From NCBI RefSeq assembly GCF_039523455.1, contig NZ_BAAAFI010000040.1:1-24000 (forward strand): a DNA stretch of 24,000 nucleotides, given 5' to 3'. Below, piece by piece: positions 12,267-20,872 of this stretch. The DNA is from Algoriphagus jejuensis. Its GTDB lineage: Bacteria; Bacteroidota; Bacteroidia; Cytophagales; Cyclobacteriaceae. The translations under genes and the position numbers were made by a program. Positions within the stretch are counted from its first letter, which is position 1; every line of letters starts with the position of its first letter. Under the pieces are notes generated by a model that saw only the letters and a list, made by a program, of their open reading frames with translations, was not told the origin of the DNA and searched no databases.

Positions 12267-14552
12267 CTAGTCCTCCAACTGCAGCTGATAATGCCTTATC
12301 GGCTTTTCTCCCATAAGGTGCTCGATGAAATAGTCCCAGCGCTTTTTGGTGAAGTAATCTCCCGGAGGGCGGCCAAAGCTGTGGTTGCGGCTCGGCCATA
12401 TAAAGAGGTCAAAGTCCTTTCCGGCTTTGATGAGATTTTCGGCCAGCTTGAAGGTAGCCGAAGGGTTCACGTTTTCGTCTATTCCACCATGAGCCAGGAG
12501 CAAATGTCCTTTTAGATTGGCGGCATTGGTGATGTTGGATTGCTCGTGGTAGTAGTCGCCGATGGGGTAACCCATGTACATCTCCGGCCACCAGGCTTTT
12601 TCCATCCGGAAATCATGGTCTCCAGCTGAGGCCACGCCGACTTTGTAGAAGTCGGGGTGCAAAAGCATGGCCCGTCCTGCATCGTATCCTCCGGCAGAGT
12701 GTCCGAAGATCCCAACCCGGTTGATGTCCAGGAATTTCACCTTTTCCGCCAGCTGTGTGATCGCCAAGACATGGTCTGTGGTGCCGTCACCGAGATTGTT
12801 GTAGGACACGTCGGAGAAGGCCTTGGATCTGCCAGCTCCCCCAAGTCCGTCCACCGTCACCACGACAAACCCGATCTCTGCGGTTGCCTGCTGATGGCCA
12901 AGGATCGCCGATTTAAATGTTTTTGGCGCAGTGGAGGTATGCGGGCCAGTATAGGTGTAGTCGATGACAGGGTATTTCTTTTTCGTATCAAAAGTAGTGG
13001 GGAGAAAATATACGCCGTGGATCTCTGTCTTGCCGTCTTTGGCAGTTGCGGTAAAGGGAACTGGCAGTTTGTAGCCGCGTCTCGACAGGTTGCTGATGTC
13101 AGCCTTGGATATTTGGTGGATTCGTTCGCCGCTTTTCAGGTCGATCAGGACGGATTGGGTAGGCTGGTTGGCGGCGGAGAAGTTGTCCACGGCAAATTTC
13201 CCGTCAGGTGAAATGTAAACTTCGTGGAAGGCATTTTCGGGAGTCAGCAACTGTAGGTCAGAGCCGTCGAGATTGACGCGGTAGAGGTGGTTGAAATAAG
13301 GGTTTTCGCCTGCTTCTTTGCCGGAAGCCTCGAAGTAGAGCAGGCCGTTTTCTTCGTCCAAATAACTCAGTCTATTGACCACAAACTCGCCCGTAGTGAT
13401 GGGGTGGAGTTCCGCACCCGTGACCCAGTCGTGAAGGTAAAGTTGGTTCCAGCCGGATTTTTCGGAGCTGATGATGAACGTTCCATCTTCCAATCTTCGG
13501 AAGGCATGCTCCCGGTTGATGTGGGTGGGGGCGGACTCGGAGTATATCTGGCGTATGTCAAACGTTTCGGTATTCATCTCAAGGAGCAGGAACTCCTTGA
13601 AACCTCTTGGGAAATGAAAGCCATTGAGTTTTTTGCTATCCTCCGACCAGCGGAGGCTGATACCGATGAAATGGGGAGAGGCGAGTGCTGGCAGCTTTTG
13701 CTCTGTTTTTTTCTCCAGATCAAAAACCACCGGAATATACATGACCACGGTACTGTCTCCAGGAGACCCACGATAGTAGGAGAGCAGTTCGGGGCGGAAT
13801 TTTTCATCCTTGCTGAAGTCCAGCAGGTACATCTTTTCCGCTAGGCGCAGATCCACGATCTGGGTATAGATCTTTTTGGAGTCGGGCGACCAGTTGACGG
13901 TAAAGTGGGGAGGCCTTTCGCCATTTTCACCGCTCATGAGATCGCTCCATCCGTAGTAGGAGGCGTATTCGAAGCCCTTTTTTCCATCAAAACTCACCTG
14001 AGTCTCCTCTCCGGTGGACAGGTTTTTCACGTAGAGGTTATAGTTTTTGGAGTAGGCCATCCATTTTTTGTCGGGAGAAAAGGATTCCATCTCGTTCCGA
14101 TCCGACATCGGGAGTGACTCCAGCGAATCATTTTTGGTATTCCATACCCAGTTGTGGCTTCTCCACACAAAAGTGACTTTGGAGCCGTTGCTCAGGGATA
14201 CGCGCTCGATGGGGAGCTCGCGGGGGTCTATCTTTTCACCGCTTTTGTCCTCGAGGAGTTTGGCAAGTTTTGAGTGGTCAAAGGCGGGGATCGTCGTCAA
14301 TGCCTCCGTGTCGGTCTTGAAGAAGCGCTTCCCCTCAGCGGTGTAGGTCGAGTGGACAAATGCCCGGCTTTCCTGAGTCCAGGAAGGGATTACTTCGAGA
14401 TGATAGACTTCCTTTTGGATGGAATTGAGCAGGAAATACTCTGCGCGGTGATACGTGTCTTCGGTGATTTGGGCGCTCAGCCTCTGGGGCGAGATGCTGG
14501 CAAGTGCAAGGAAGAGGGCTGGAAAAATCGCGGAATATTTGGAGCTGTTCAT
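12267..14552 (-). CDS. S9 family serine peptidase, dipeptidyl-peptidase IV-like, secreted
   Basis: The C-terminal alpha/beta catalytic domain has GHSAGG (GIFGHSAGGYDAG), an Asp context (GGIDENVNP) and a His context (SRNHSF). The long N-terminal region looks like a beta-propeller. I prefer the ATG at 14550-14552 (MNSSKYSAIFPALFLALASISPQRLSAQ, a signal peptide). The 14744 start overlaps the upstream gene and its terminator. Confidence 0.9.
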   Translation of the reverse strand: MNSSKYSAIFPALFLALASISPQRLSAQITEDTYHRAEYFLLNSIQKEVYHLEVIPSWTQESRAFVHSTYTAEGKRFFKTDTEALTTIPAFDHSKLAKLLEDKSGEKIDPRELPIERVSLSNGSKVTFVWRSHNWVWNTKNDSLESLPMSDRNEMESFSPDKKWMAYSKNYNLYVKNLSTGEETQVSFDGKKGFEYASYYGWSDLMSGENGERPPHFTVNWSPDSKKIYTQIVDLRLAEKMYLLDFSKDEKFRPELLSYYRGSPGDSTVVMYIPVVFDLEKKTEQKLPALASPHFIGISLRWSEDSKKLNGFHFPRGFKEFLLLEMNTETFDIRQIYSESAPTHINREHAFRRLEDGTFIISSEKSGWNQLYLHDWVTGAELHPITTGEFVVNRLSYLDEENGLLYFEASGKEAGENPYFNHLYRVNLDGSDLQLLTPENAFHEVYISPDGKFAVDNFSAANQPTQSVLIDLKSGERIHQISKADISNLSRRGYKLPVPFTATAKDGKTEIHGVYFLPTTFDTKKKYPVIDYTYTGPHTSTAPKTFKSAILGHQQATAEIGFVVVTVDGLGGAGRSKAFSDVSYNNLGDGTTDHVLAITQLAEKVKFLDINRVGIFGHSAGGYDAGRAMLLHPDFYKVGVASAGDHDFRMEKAWWPEMYMGYPIGDYYHEQSNITNAANLKGHLLLAHGGIDENVNPSATFKLAENLIKAGKDFDLFIWPSRNHSFGRPPGDYFTKKRWDYFIEHLMGEKPIRHYQLQLED

Positions 14553-14591
14553 GAAACAAGGTTTAGGGCATATTTGAAGATAGCCAAAAAG

Positions 14592-14627
14592 AAAAAAGGG
14601 CAGCCCTGAATTTGTACAGGACGGCCC
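14592..14627 (-). terminator. rho-independent terminator after the DUF4287/DUF5655 gene
   Basis: The minus strand reads GGGCCGTCCTG-tacaaatt-CAGGGCTGCCC (11-bp stem with two mismatches) followed by TTTTTT (14597-14592). Confidence 0.65.
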
Positions 14628-14653
14628 TTTTTCATGTAGGAGGAAAATAGATA

Positions 14654-15208
14654 TTATCCTGCGGCATCGTAGGCTCTCTGGAGCCAGTCGATCAATTCGG
14701 GGGTTATTTGCTCCTCGTGGTTGACGACTACTTTGTGGCTGCACATGGCGTTTGACTTGCTTTCCAATTCCAAGATTCCCTCGGCTGGATGGCCTTTGAG
14801 ATTGATGCCGACCTCGTATCGGGTCTTGGTAGCGGGCACCAGCATAGCAAACTGTTTCTTGCGCTTGACGCTCACATAAGTGTTCTTAGGTACAAACTCA
14901 ACGTCTTTCCCCAGGCTCGCAATTTCGGTTCTAATTTTTTCATAAATAGGCCAAAACGACTCTTTGCCCACATACTGCTTTTTCACCAACTCATCCTGAT
15001 CATCGGCAGAACCCGCATCGGATTTGAGCGCCTTATGCGCCACCAGATTTGCAAACCCGTGTGTGAAGCCGTGATTTTCCTTTAGGAACTTCAGGATTTC
15101 TCCGTGTTTTTGGAGCTTCTCGGCGTTGACGATTTTGATCCACTCGTCCAGGGATTTCCCTGTGTTTTTGTGGAGATTGTCGATCATGGTTTGGGTGGCT
15201 GCATCCAT
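14654..15208 (-). CDS. DUF4287 / DUF5655 domain protein
   Basis: The 184-aa ORF has an N-terminal segment (IDNLHKNTGKSLDEWIKIV...HGEILKFLKENHGFTHGFANLV) that matches my recollection of DUF4287. The C-terminal part resembles DUF5655. Function is unknown. Confidence 0.65.
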   Translation of the reverse strand: MDAATQTMIDNLHKNTGKSLDEWIKIVNAEKLQKHGEILKFLKENHGFTHGFANLVAHKALKSDAGSADDQDELVKKQYVGKESFWPIYEKIRTEIASLGKDVEFVPKNTYVSVKRKKQFAMLVPATKTRYEVGINLKGHPAEGILELESKSNAMCSHKVVVNHEEQITPELIDWLQRAYDAAG

Positions 15209-15331
15209 AGGATTCTGGGTTTTGGTGAAGTCTTGATGTATGGAGAGTGCTGATGACGCTGCTTACTTGGTCTGCAAAACTGACCGAACATGGAGCAGCG
15301 CCAGTCGATACCTACAACTCGTTTTGTGAAT

Positions 15332-16126
15332 TTACAAAATCGACTTGACCAATCCGCCCTCTACCCGAATTGAAGCGCCATTGGTGGCAGAGGCGAGTGG
15401 GCTGGAGTAATACACGACGGTATCAGCTACTTCCTCCACCTCGGCAAATCGCTGAATCAGTGAGGTAGGACGCATGTCTTTGAAAAACTCCCGCTCCACT
15501 TCAGCGGTGCTTTTCTTTTCCACAACAGCCAGCTCTTCGATATATTGACTTACTCCCTTGGATTTGGTTGGGCCCGGTAGGATGGAATTGACGGTCACGG
15601 CTGTGCCTTTTGTCATCTCGGCCAAACCTCGGCTTACGGCAATCTGGGCGGTTTTAGTCATGCCGTAGTGGATCATTTCTTCGGGTATGAATACGCCTGA
15701 TTCGCTGGAGACGAAGATAACTCGGCCCCAGTTTTTCGCCAGCATCTTTGGGAAATAGTGGCGGGCGAGTCGGATGCCGCTTAGCACATTGATCTCAAAG
15801 AAGCGGAGCCAGTCTTCGTCGGGAATATCGGCAAAGGTTTTGGGCTCAAAGATCCCCGTATTGTTGATTAGGATGTCGACTTCGGGCACTTGGGAAAGAA
15901 GCTTGTTGACCTCATCGGCTTTGGCAAGATCAGCAGCTACGCCGGCGATGTCGGCATTGGGATAGCTAGCTTTCAGCTCAGCGATAGCCTGGTCGACGCT
16001 TCCCTGACTCCGGCCGTTGATGACGACGCTGGCACCTTCGGCCAAAAAACGTGAAGCGATCGCATATCCGATTCCTGCGGTAGAACCGCTGATTAGGGCT
16101 TTCTTGCCCTTGAGTTTTAAATCCAT
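15332..16126 (-). CDS. SDR family oxidoreductase
   Basis: It has the Rossmann motif GSTAGIG, an NNTG-type motif (INNTGIF) and the catalytic Y-x3-K (YGMTK). Length is 264 aa. Confidence 0.9.
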   Translation of the reverse strand: MDLKLKGKKALISGSTAGIGYAIASRFLAEGASVVINGRSQGSVDQAIAELKASYPNADIAGVAADLAKADEVNKLLSQVPEVDILINNTGIFEPKTFADIPDEDWLRFFEINVLSGIRLARHYFPKMLAKNWGRVIFVSSESGVFIPEEMIHYGMTKTAQIAVSRGLAEMTKGTAVTVNSILPGPTKSKGVSQYIEELAVVEKKSTAEVEREFFKDMRPTSLIQRFAEVEEVADTVVYYSSPLASATNGASIRVEGGLVKSIL

Positions 16127-16194
16127 GTGGTAGTAAATTGGTTTGAAAAGATCCTATGTCCCGAAAAGTCGGGAAAAGGGAAAACGGCAGGGCG

Positions 16195-16239
16195 GAAATA
16201 AAAATTCCCCGCCAATACATTTTTATAAAGACGGGGAAT
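16195..16239 (-). terminator. possible terminator after the DUF4377/META gene (8-bp stem, large loop, T-rich tail)
   Basis: The minus strand reads ATTCCCCG (16239-16232), a 20-nt loop, CGGGGAAT (16211-16204), then TTTTTATTT. The loop is unusually large, so confidence is modest. Confidence 0.35.
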
Positions 16240-16259
16240 AGGTACAGGCTGGCACCGTC

Positions 16260-16949
16260 TCAATCCACCGCCCTCAAGCTCATCAAGGCTTGTCCTTTTT
16301 CATCCCGGAGATAGAGCACATTGTTTTCGATCTCGAAACTGCGAATCAGCTCCATTACTTTCTTGACCTCGCTTTCCACCGTCATATCCGGGCAGGCCAT
16401 CATAGTCGCCGCCCCTTGGCCGAATCGAATCCTATTTTCACCTTCTAGAAAGAACCCGCCGCGGATGGAATTACAGCCTGTTTCCCCAAAGTAAGAGCTT
16501 TGGGAACCGTTGATCTCAAAGACCAACGCCTCACCTTTTGCTGACTTTGGATCTTTGATCGAGCCCACATGTAGGAGTTTCCAGATGTTGGTCAGGGCCA
16601 ATTTCGGATCGGGGTTCTTACTGATCTGTTTTACAAGTTTGTATGACAACGAAGAAGCATCGGCCGGAATAGGTTCTTCTTTCTTGCTGACTTCAACTTC
16701 GAGCTGGTAGATGAAGCCTGGCTCGTACTCAAAACCCGAGATTTGGTCGTAAAACAGTTTCCATTCGCCTTCCTCTATGGATTCACCTTTTTGGATCTGC
16801 ATACAGGTCATGGGACCGGCACCGGTGCAATCGACTTTGGCGGAATTGACCCACCACGTTTCAGTGTTTGCCTCGGCTTTTCCAGAACCTTGTTTTTCGC
16901 AGGTTTGTGCCATCAGAAGTACAGCGAGTACGGAAAGTAGGATTTTCAT
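16260..16949 (-). CDS. secreted DUF4377 + META (HslJ-like) domain protein
   Basis: A signal peptide is followed by WWVNSAKVDCTGAGPMTCMQIQ...GFEYEPGFIYQLEV, a DUF4377-like pattern. The C-terminal half has a META-like pattern (GCNSIRGGF...AATMMACP). Confidence 0.65.
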   Translation of the reverse strand: MKILLSVLAVLLMAQTCEKQGSGKAEANTETWWVNSAKVDCTGAGPMTCMQIQKGESIEEGEWKLFYDQISGFEYEPGFIYQLEVEVSKKEEPIPADASSLSYKLVKQISKNPDPKLALTNIWKLLHVGSIKDPKSAKGEALVFEINGSQSSYFGETGCNSIRGGFFLEGENRIRFGQGAATMMACPDMTVESEVKKVMELIRSFEIENNVLYLRDEKGQALMSLRAVD

Positions 16950-16950
16950 A

Positions 16951-17640
16951 TCAAAATTTGATTTCTTGAACTTGGGTTAAAAGCTTTTGCGTCCAGCGTG
17001 AATAGACCAAGCCTGAAGGGTGGAGTTCGTCCTCGACGACCATTTCAGGTTGAAATCCAATCGCCCGATAGTCCGCTGTGATCTCAACGAAGGCTACGCC
17101 CAATTGGCTACACACCGCTTTTTTCGCGGCATTGTAAGCATCGATCTCCACGGCTACTTTTTTCTGATCTGATCCTTTGTTTAGTGCAAAAGGAGTGACG
17201 CCCCAATCGGGAATGGATACTACGACCACATGATCCTTTTTACCCCGCGCGAATCCGATCGCCCGAGTCAGCAGAGCCTCAAACTCCTTCTCAAACTCGG
17301 CTACCGACCGGCCGCGATATTGGTTATTGACACCTATGAGTAAGGTGACCAAGTCATATCCCTGTGGATTGGTTTCCGAGCCATCGATACCCGCTTGGAG
17401 TTCGTCCACCGTCCATCCGGTTTTGGCGATGATCTGTGGATCTGACCAAGTGTCATTACCCATTGAATTTAAAGCTCGAACAAGCTGAACGGGGTAGCGG
17501 TCTTTTTCCGCAACACCCTCTCCAATCGTATAACTGTCGCCAAGGGCGAGGTAGGTGAGTGGCTTCTGATTTTGTAATGAATGTTCTGACATGGCGAGAA
17601 TCGTTAGAGAGAGTTGAAAAATCGAGATAAGAAAAGACAT
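16951..17640 (-). CDS. SGNH/GDSL family hydrolase, secreted
   Basis: Block I is LALGDSYTIGEG, block III is GVNNQ, and block V is DELHPS. An N-terminal hydrophobic signal is present. It lies 1 nt from the next gene and 6 nt from the previous one. Confidence 0.85.
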   Translation of the reverse strand: MSFLISIFQLSLTILAMSEHSLQNQKPLTYLALGDSYTIGEGVAEKDRYPVQLVRALNSMGNDTWSDPQIIAKTGWTVDELQAGIDGSETNPQGYDLVTLLIGVNNQYRGRSVAEFEKEFEALLTRAIGFARGKKDHVVVVSIPDWGVTPFALNKGSDQKKVAVEIDAYNAAKKAVCSQLGVAFVEITADYRAIGFQPEMVVEDELHPSGLVYSRWTQKLLTQVQEIKF

Positions 17641-17646
17641 CTTTTT

Positions 17647-18687
17647 TTAGGATTGAAAAAGCTTCTGGGTCACCGTGATCGTTCCCAAGTCTGCATCCAA
17701 CTCAACTTCCGCACCGACGGGGATGATAAACTGGCGGGACACGTGTCCGATCATCGCGCCGGTATAAGCTGGGATTTTAAGGGGTAGGACGTAGTGATCC
17801 ATGATTTGATCGACCGTGAATGCCCCATATCCTCCACCGGGCGAGCAGTCCGAGCATTGCCCGAAGACAAAACCTTTGATCTTGTCCAAAGTGCCGTTCA
17901 GCTTTAGCGTACTCATCATTCGGTCGATCTTGTAGGGATCCTCGCCAATGTCTTCTATGAATAAAAGAGCATCCTGAAATTCAGGGTAGTATGGCGTTCC
18001 TGATAAAGAAGTCAATACAGTTAGGTTCCCTCCGAGAATCTTTCCTTTAGCCTTGCCACCAGTGAGCGTTTGGATGCGGTTTGCCTTGGCGACGAGCTCA
18101 TCTCCTTTGCTGGTTTCGTTTTTGAAGACGATCGGTTCGGTGCCGAAAAAGACCTTTTCAAACTGCTTTACATTGAAGCTGTTCCAGCTGCCCGAACCAT
18201 TTGGTCCATGGAAGGTGTTCAGTCCCGTTTGACTCTGAATCGCCGAGTGGAGCGCCGTGATATCGGAGTAGCCCTGAAGCGGCTTTGGGTTTTTCTTGAT
18301 CAACTCATAGTCGAGAAGGGGGAGGATTCTCGCCGCACCCGAACCTCCACGGATGCAGACAATCATCTTTACCTCTGGATCGCCAAACATGGCATTTAGG
18401 TCTCCGGCGCGTTCTTCGTCGGTTCCGGCAAGATGGCCAAAACGATTCCTGAGGTTTTCGCCCAGCTTTACCCTGAATCCCAAAGCCTCCATGGCCTCTT
18501 TCGCATAGGTGAATTCCATGCGATCTGCAGAAGCGGCTGAAGGGGAGACGATCCCGATGGTGTCTCCTTTCTTGATCGCTTTGGGCAGGAGTGCGGCCTC
18601 TGAGGCTTGATTCTTCATCTCAAAACCCAAAAAAGGTGCAGTCGTGGCCAATAACCCGAATGATTTTAGAAAGGTGCGCTTGTTCAT
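17647..18687 (-). CDS. ldcA: LD-carboxypeptidase (S66 family, LdcA-like), exported
   Basis: The Ser nucleophile context is GYSDITALH and the C-terminal His context is GAMIGHV. The leader is Tat/Sec-like (MNKRTFLKSFGLLATTAPFLG). Confidence 0.8.
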   Translation of the reverse strand: MNKRTFLKSFGLLATTAPFLGFEMKNQASEAALLPKAIKKGDTIGIVSPSAASADRMEFTYAKEAMEALGFRVKLGENLRNRFGHLAGTDEERAGDLNAMFGDPEVKMIVCIRGGSGAARILPLLDYELIKKNPKPLQGYSDITALHSAIQSQTGLNTFHGPNGSGSWNSFNVKQFEKVFFGTEPIVFKNETSKGDELVAKANRIQTLTGGKAKGKILGGNLTVLTSLSGTPYYPEFQDALLFIEDIGEDPYKIDRMMSTLKLNGTLDKIKGFVFGQCSDCSPGGGYGAFTVDQIMDHYVLPLKIPAYTGAMIGHVSRQFIIPVGAEVELDADLGTITVTQKLFQS

Positions 18688-18738
18688 GTTGCTGGGATTT
18701 GGCGTGAAAATAATTCCTTTTTCCGAGGGGTAGAAAGT

Positions 18739-18762
18739 AAAAACCCTGCCAAATGACAGGGT
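18739..18762 (-). terminator. rho-independent terminator after the ECF-sigma operon
   Basis: The minus strand reads ACCCTG-tcatttgg-CAGGGT followed by TTTTT, starting 5 nt after the stop of the membrane-protein gene. Confidence 0.6.
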
Positions 18763-18767
18763 TATGT

Positions 18768-19355
18768 TTATTTTTCCAATTCAGCCAATAATTTTTCCAA
18801 TTGTCTGATTATGGGTCTGGATTCAAGTTCAAAGGTTTTCCTCTTTTTTCTCAGGGTAAACCACATGATTCCAAAGACAAATAAAGTCGCCCCAAGATGC
18901 GCTGCAAGTCTTAGCTCCAAGGAAAGCGGAGAGAGAACCTCCAAATAACCCAGATTGATTGCCACGGCTAGTATAATTCCATAGGTGATCATATGTTTTT
19001 GAATGATCTTGCTGCGAAGGTTGAGTTTGCGGAGTTGATCTTCCACAAATTTCCGCTGGCTGTAGGATTCTGAATTTTCCACTGAATTCAGGAGCGATTT
19101 GCTATTGAGCCATATCACCCAGGCCATTCCAAAAGCAATTAATACCAAGGTTGAAATACCAAGTAGGCTGTCTTTTAAAGGAAGCACATAAGCCAAAAAC
19201 AAGATTGTGATTGGTGTACAAATCAAGCCTAGCATCCAACCTAGTTTTTGTTTTTTCTCGTTGGCTTTCATTTGTTTGATTAGGCCGGAGAGATCAAAAT
19301 CACTTGCTTTTTGGCTTTGCCAAAGTTGTTGGATATCGTTGAAGTTAGTTTCCAT
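18768..19355 (-). CDS. multi-pass membrane protein, possible anti-sigma partner of the upstream ECF sigma
   Basis: The 195-aa ORF has about 4 predicted TM segments and a cytoplasmic N-terminus. It overlaps the sigma gene by 11 nt. I saw no recognisable ZAS motif. Confidence 0.55.
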   Translation of the reverse strand: METNFNDIQQLWQSQKASDFDLSGLIKQMKANEKKQKLGWMLGLICTPITILFLAYVLPLKDSLLGISTLVLIAFGMAWVIWLNSKSLLNSVENSESYSQRKFVEDQLRKLNLRSKIIQKHMITYGIILAVAINLGYLEVLSPLSLELRLAAHLGATLFVFGIMWFTLRKKRKTFELESRPIIRQLEKLLAELEK

Positions 19356-19857
19356 GGAGTTGAGGATTGAGTTTTTGGGTTAAAACTGTTTTAATCCGAT
19401 TGACCTTGACGGCCACATAGTTTTCCGAGATTCCGCTGATCTCGGCGATCGCCTTGTACGGGGTGTTTTCCAAAAGCAGCGTGGCGATTACTCGATCCAA
19501 TTCCGGAAGCCCGTTGATCGCTTCATACAGCCTCTGAATTCGGCTTTCCTGCAACTCCGTAAAGTTTTCAGGTTCGGCCAGATCCAGGTTTTCCGGAAGT
19601 CCGGTCTGGTTTCCCTCTTTTTTCTTTTCCCTTGCTGCGAAAGTCAGGGCGGTGTTATAGGCGATTCTGAAGATCCAGGTGCTTAGTTCGCTTTCGCCTT
19701 TGAACGTATCTAAGTGTCGCCAGATCTTGATCAGAATCTCCTGAAAGAGGTCGTTTGCAAGTTCTTTTTCCCGTACAAAGCCCAGACAAAGTCGGTACAC
19801 TTTATCCTTGTGACTTTGATACAAGCCTTCGAACTGAAGTTCTTTGGAGTTTTTCAT
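19345..19857 (-). CDS. ECF-type RNA polymerase sigma-70 factor
   Basis: The sigma-2 region is FQEILIKIWRHLDTF...WIFRIAYN. The sigma-4 HTH is YKAIAEISGISENYVAVKVNRIK. I prefer the ATG at 19855-19857, which overlaps the upstream stop as ATGA, over the 19905 start. Confidence 0.9.
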   Translation of the reverse strand: MKNSKELQFEGLYQSHKDKVYRLCLGFVREKELANDLFQEILIKIWRHLDTFKGESELSTWIFRIAYNTALTFAAREKKKEGNQTGLPENLDLAEPENFTELQESRIQRLYEAINGLPELDRVIATLLLENTPYKAIAEISGISENYVAVKVNRIKTVLTQKLNPQLHGN

Positions 19858-20708
19858 TTGAGAAACTGCGTTATCTGATCCATGAACCATTCTGGATTGT
19901 CCCACATGATGAAGTGGTGGGCTGTTGGAGCCATTTCAATTTGGATATTTTTGGCCAGCTGGTACTGGCCTTCAAAGTTCTTTTTGACGCTTGCTTCGGT
20001 CATACCGTAGTTTTTTCCCGAATACCAAGCTCCCAGGACCAAAATAGGCGTTCCCACCTCTTCCAATTCATCCCGCAGGTCCGTCGTCATCAGCGCATAC
20101 ATCGCCTCCGCCGTGGTATTTCGATCACTTTCGATGGACCATTCTACAGCCAAGGGAAGTTTTCCCGGGTTGCTGGTCATCACCGGCATGGTGGCTTGCT
20201 GTTGTTCCCGGTATTGCTCGGGGCTTAGCGAAAGCATCATTTTTTTCATCTGATCCGCCATTTCTACCATGTTTTCTTCGGTCGCTGCGGGATTGAAAGC
20301 TGCCGAGTAAAAAGGATAGGAATCTACTATGATGGCTTTATCGATTCGATCAGGAAGACTTTGAGAAAGCTTGAGAGAAAGAAAACCTCCCAAACTATGT
20401 CCGATGAGCACTACAGGTTCGCTTTGCTGCTGAATGTAGGAGCTGACCAACCCCTCCATTGTTGAAAGGAACCCCGCACTTAAGTCTATGGGTGAGTTTT
20501 TGGCAAATCCCGGCAAAGTCAGGACATGACACTCGTAGCTTTTGGAAAGTTGGCTGACCGTCTCATCCCAAACTTTTCCTGAAGAAGCCAGGCCAGGGAT
20601 GAGGACGATTTTCGGGCCGGAACCGGTCACTTGGACTTCCAGGTTTTGGGATTGTACCGTCGCTGTCAAGCCAAAGAGGCAGAGGTAAAGAAGTATCAAC
20701 TTTTTCAT
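19854..20708 (-). CDS. secreted alpha/beta-fold hydrolase
   Basis: It has a signal peptide (MKKLILLYLCLFGLTATVQS), an early oxyanion-type motif (VLIPGL) and the nucleophile elbow GHSLGG. Length is 284 aa. Confidence 0.85.
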   Translation of the reverse strand: MKKLILLYLCLFGLTATVQSQNLEVQVTGSGPKIVLIPGLASSGKVWDETVSQLSKSYECHVLTLPGFAKNSPIDLSAGFLSTMEGLVSSYIQQQSEPVVLIGHSLGGFLSLKLSQSLPDRIDKAIIVDSYPFYSAAFNPAATEENMVEMADQMKKMMLSLSPEQYREQQQATMPVMTSNPGKLPLAVEWSIESDRNTTAEAMYALMTTDLRDELEEVGTPILVLGAWYSGKNYGMTEASVKKNFEGQYQLAKNIQIEMAPTAHHFIMWDNPEWFMDQITQFLK

Positions 20709-20872
20709 GGTGTTTTTTCTTCTTTAGACTAAGGCCTTGGCCAAACCTTACAGAATTTTGAAAAAATCTTCGCCGCGATAACTATCCATCCGTCCGCGCC
20801 GGAAGATGGCAAGGGTTTCGGGATTGATCTTTTACCTGCAGTTGGCAGTGGCTCCTAGCTGTTCGGAAAAAC

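Noticed and set aside
15209-15331. A long imperfect hairpin (ACGCTGCT ... AGCAGCG, with inner GGTC/GACC) between the SDR and DUF4287 genes, considered as a terminator or riboswitch.
   Set aside because: It has no U-tract and no resemblance to any riboswitch class I know. A single imperfect stem is expected by chance in 120 nt.
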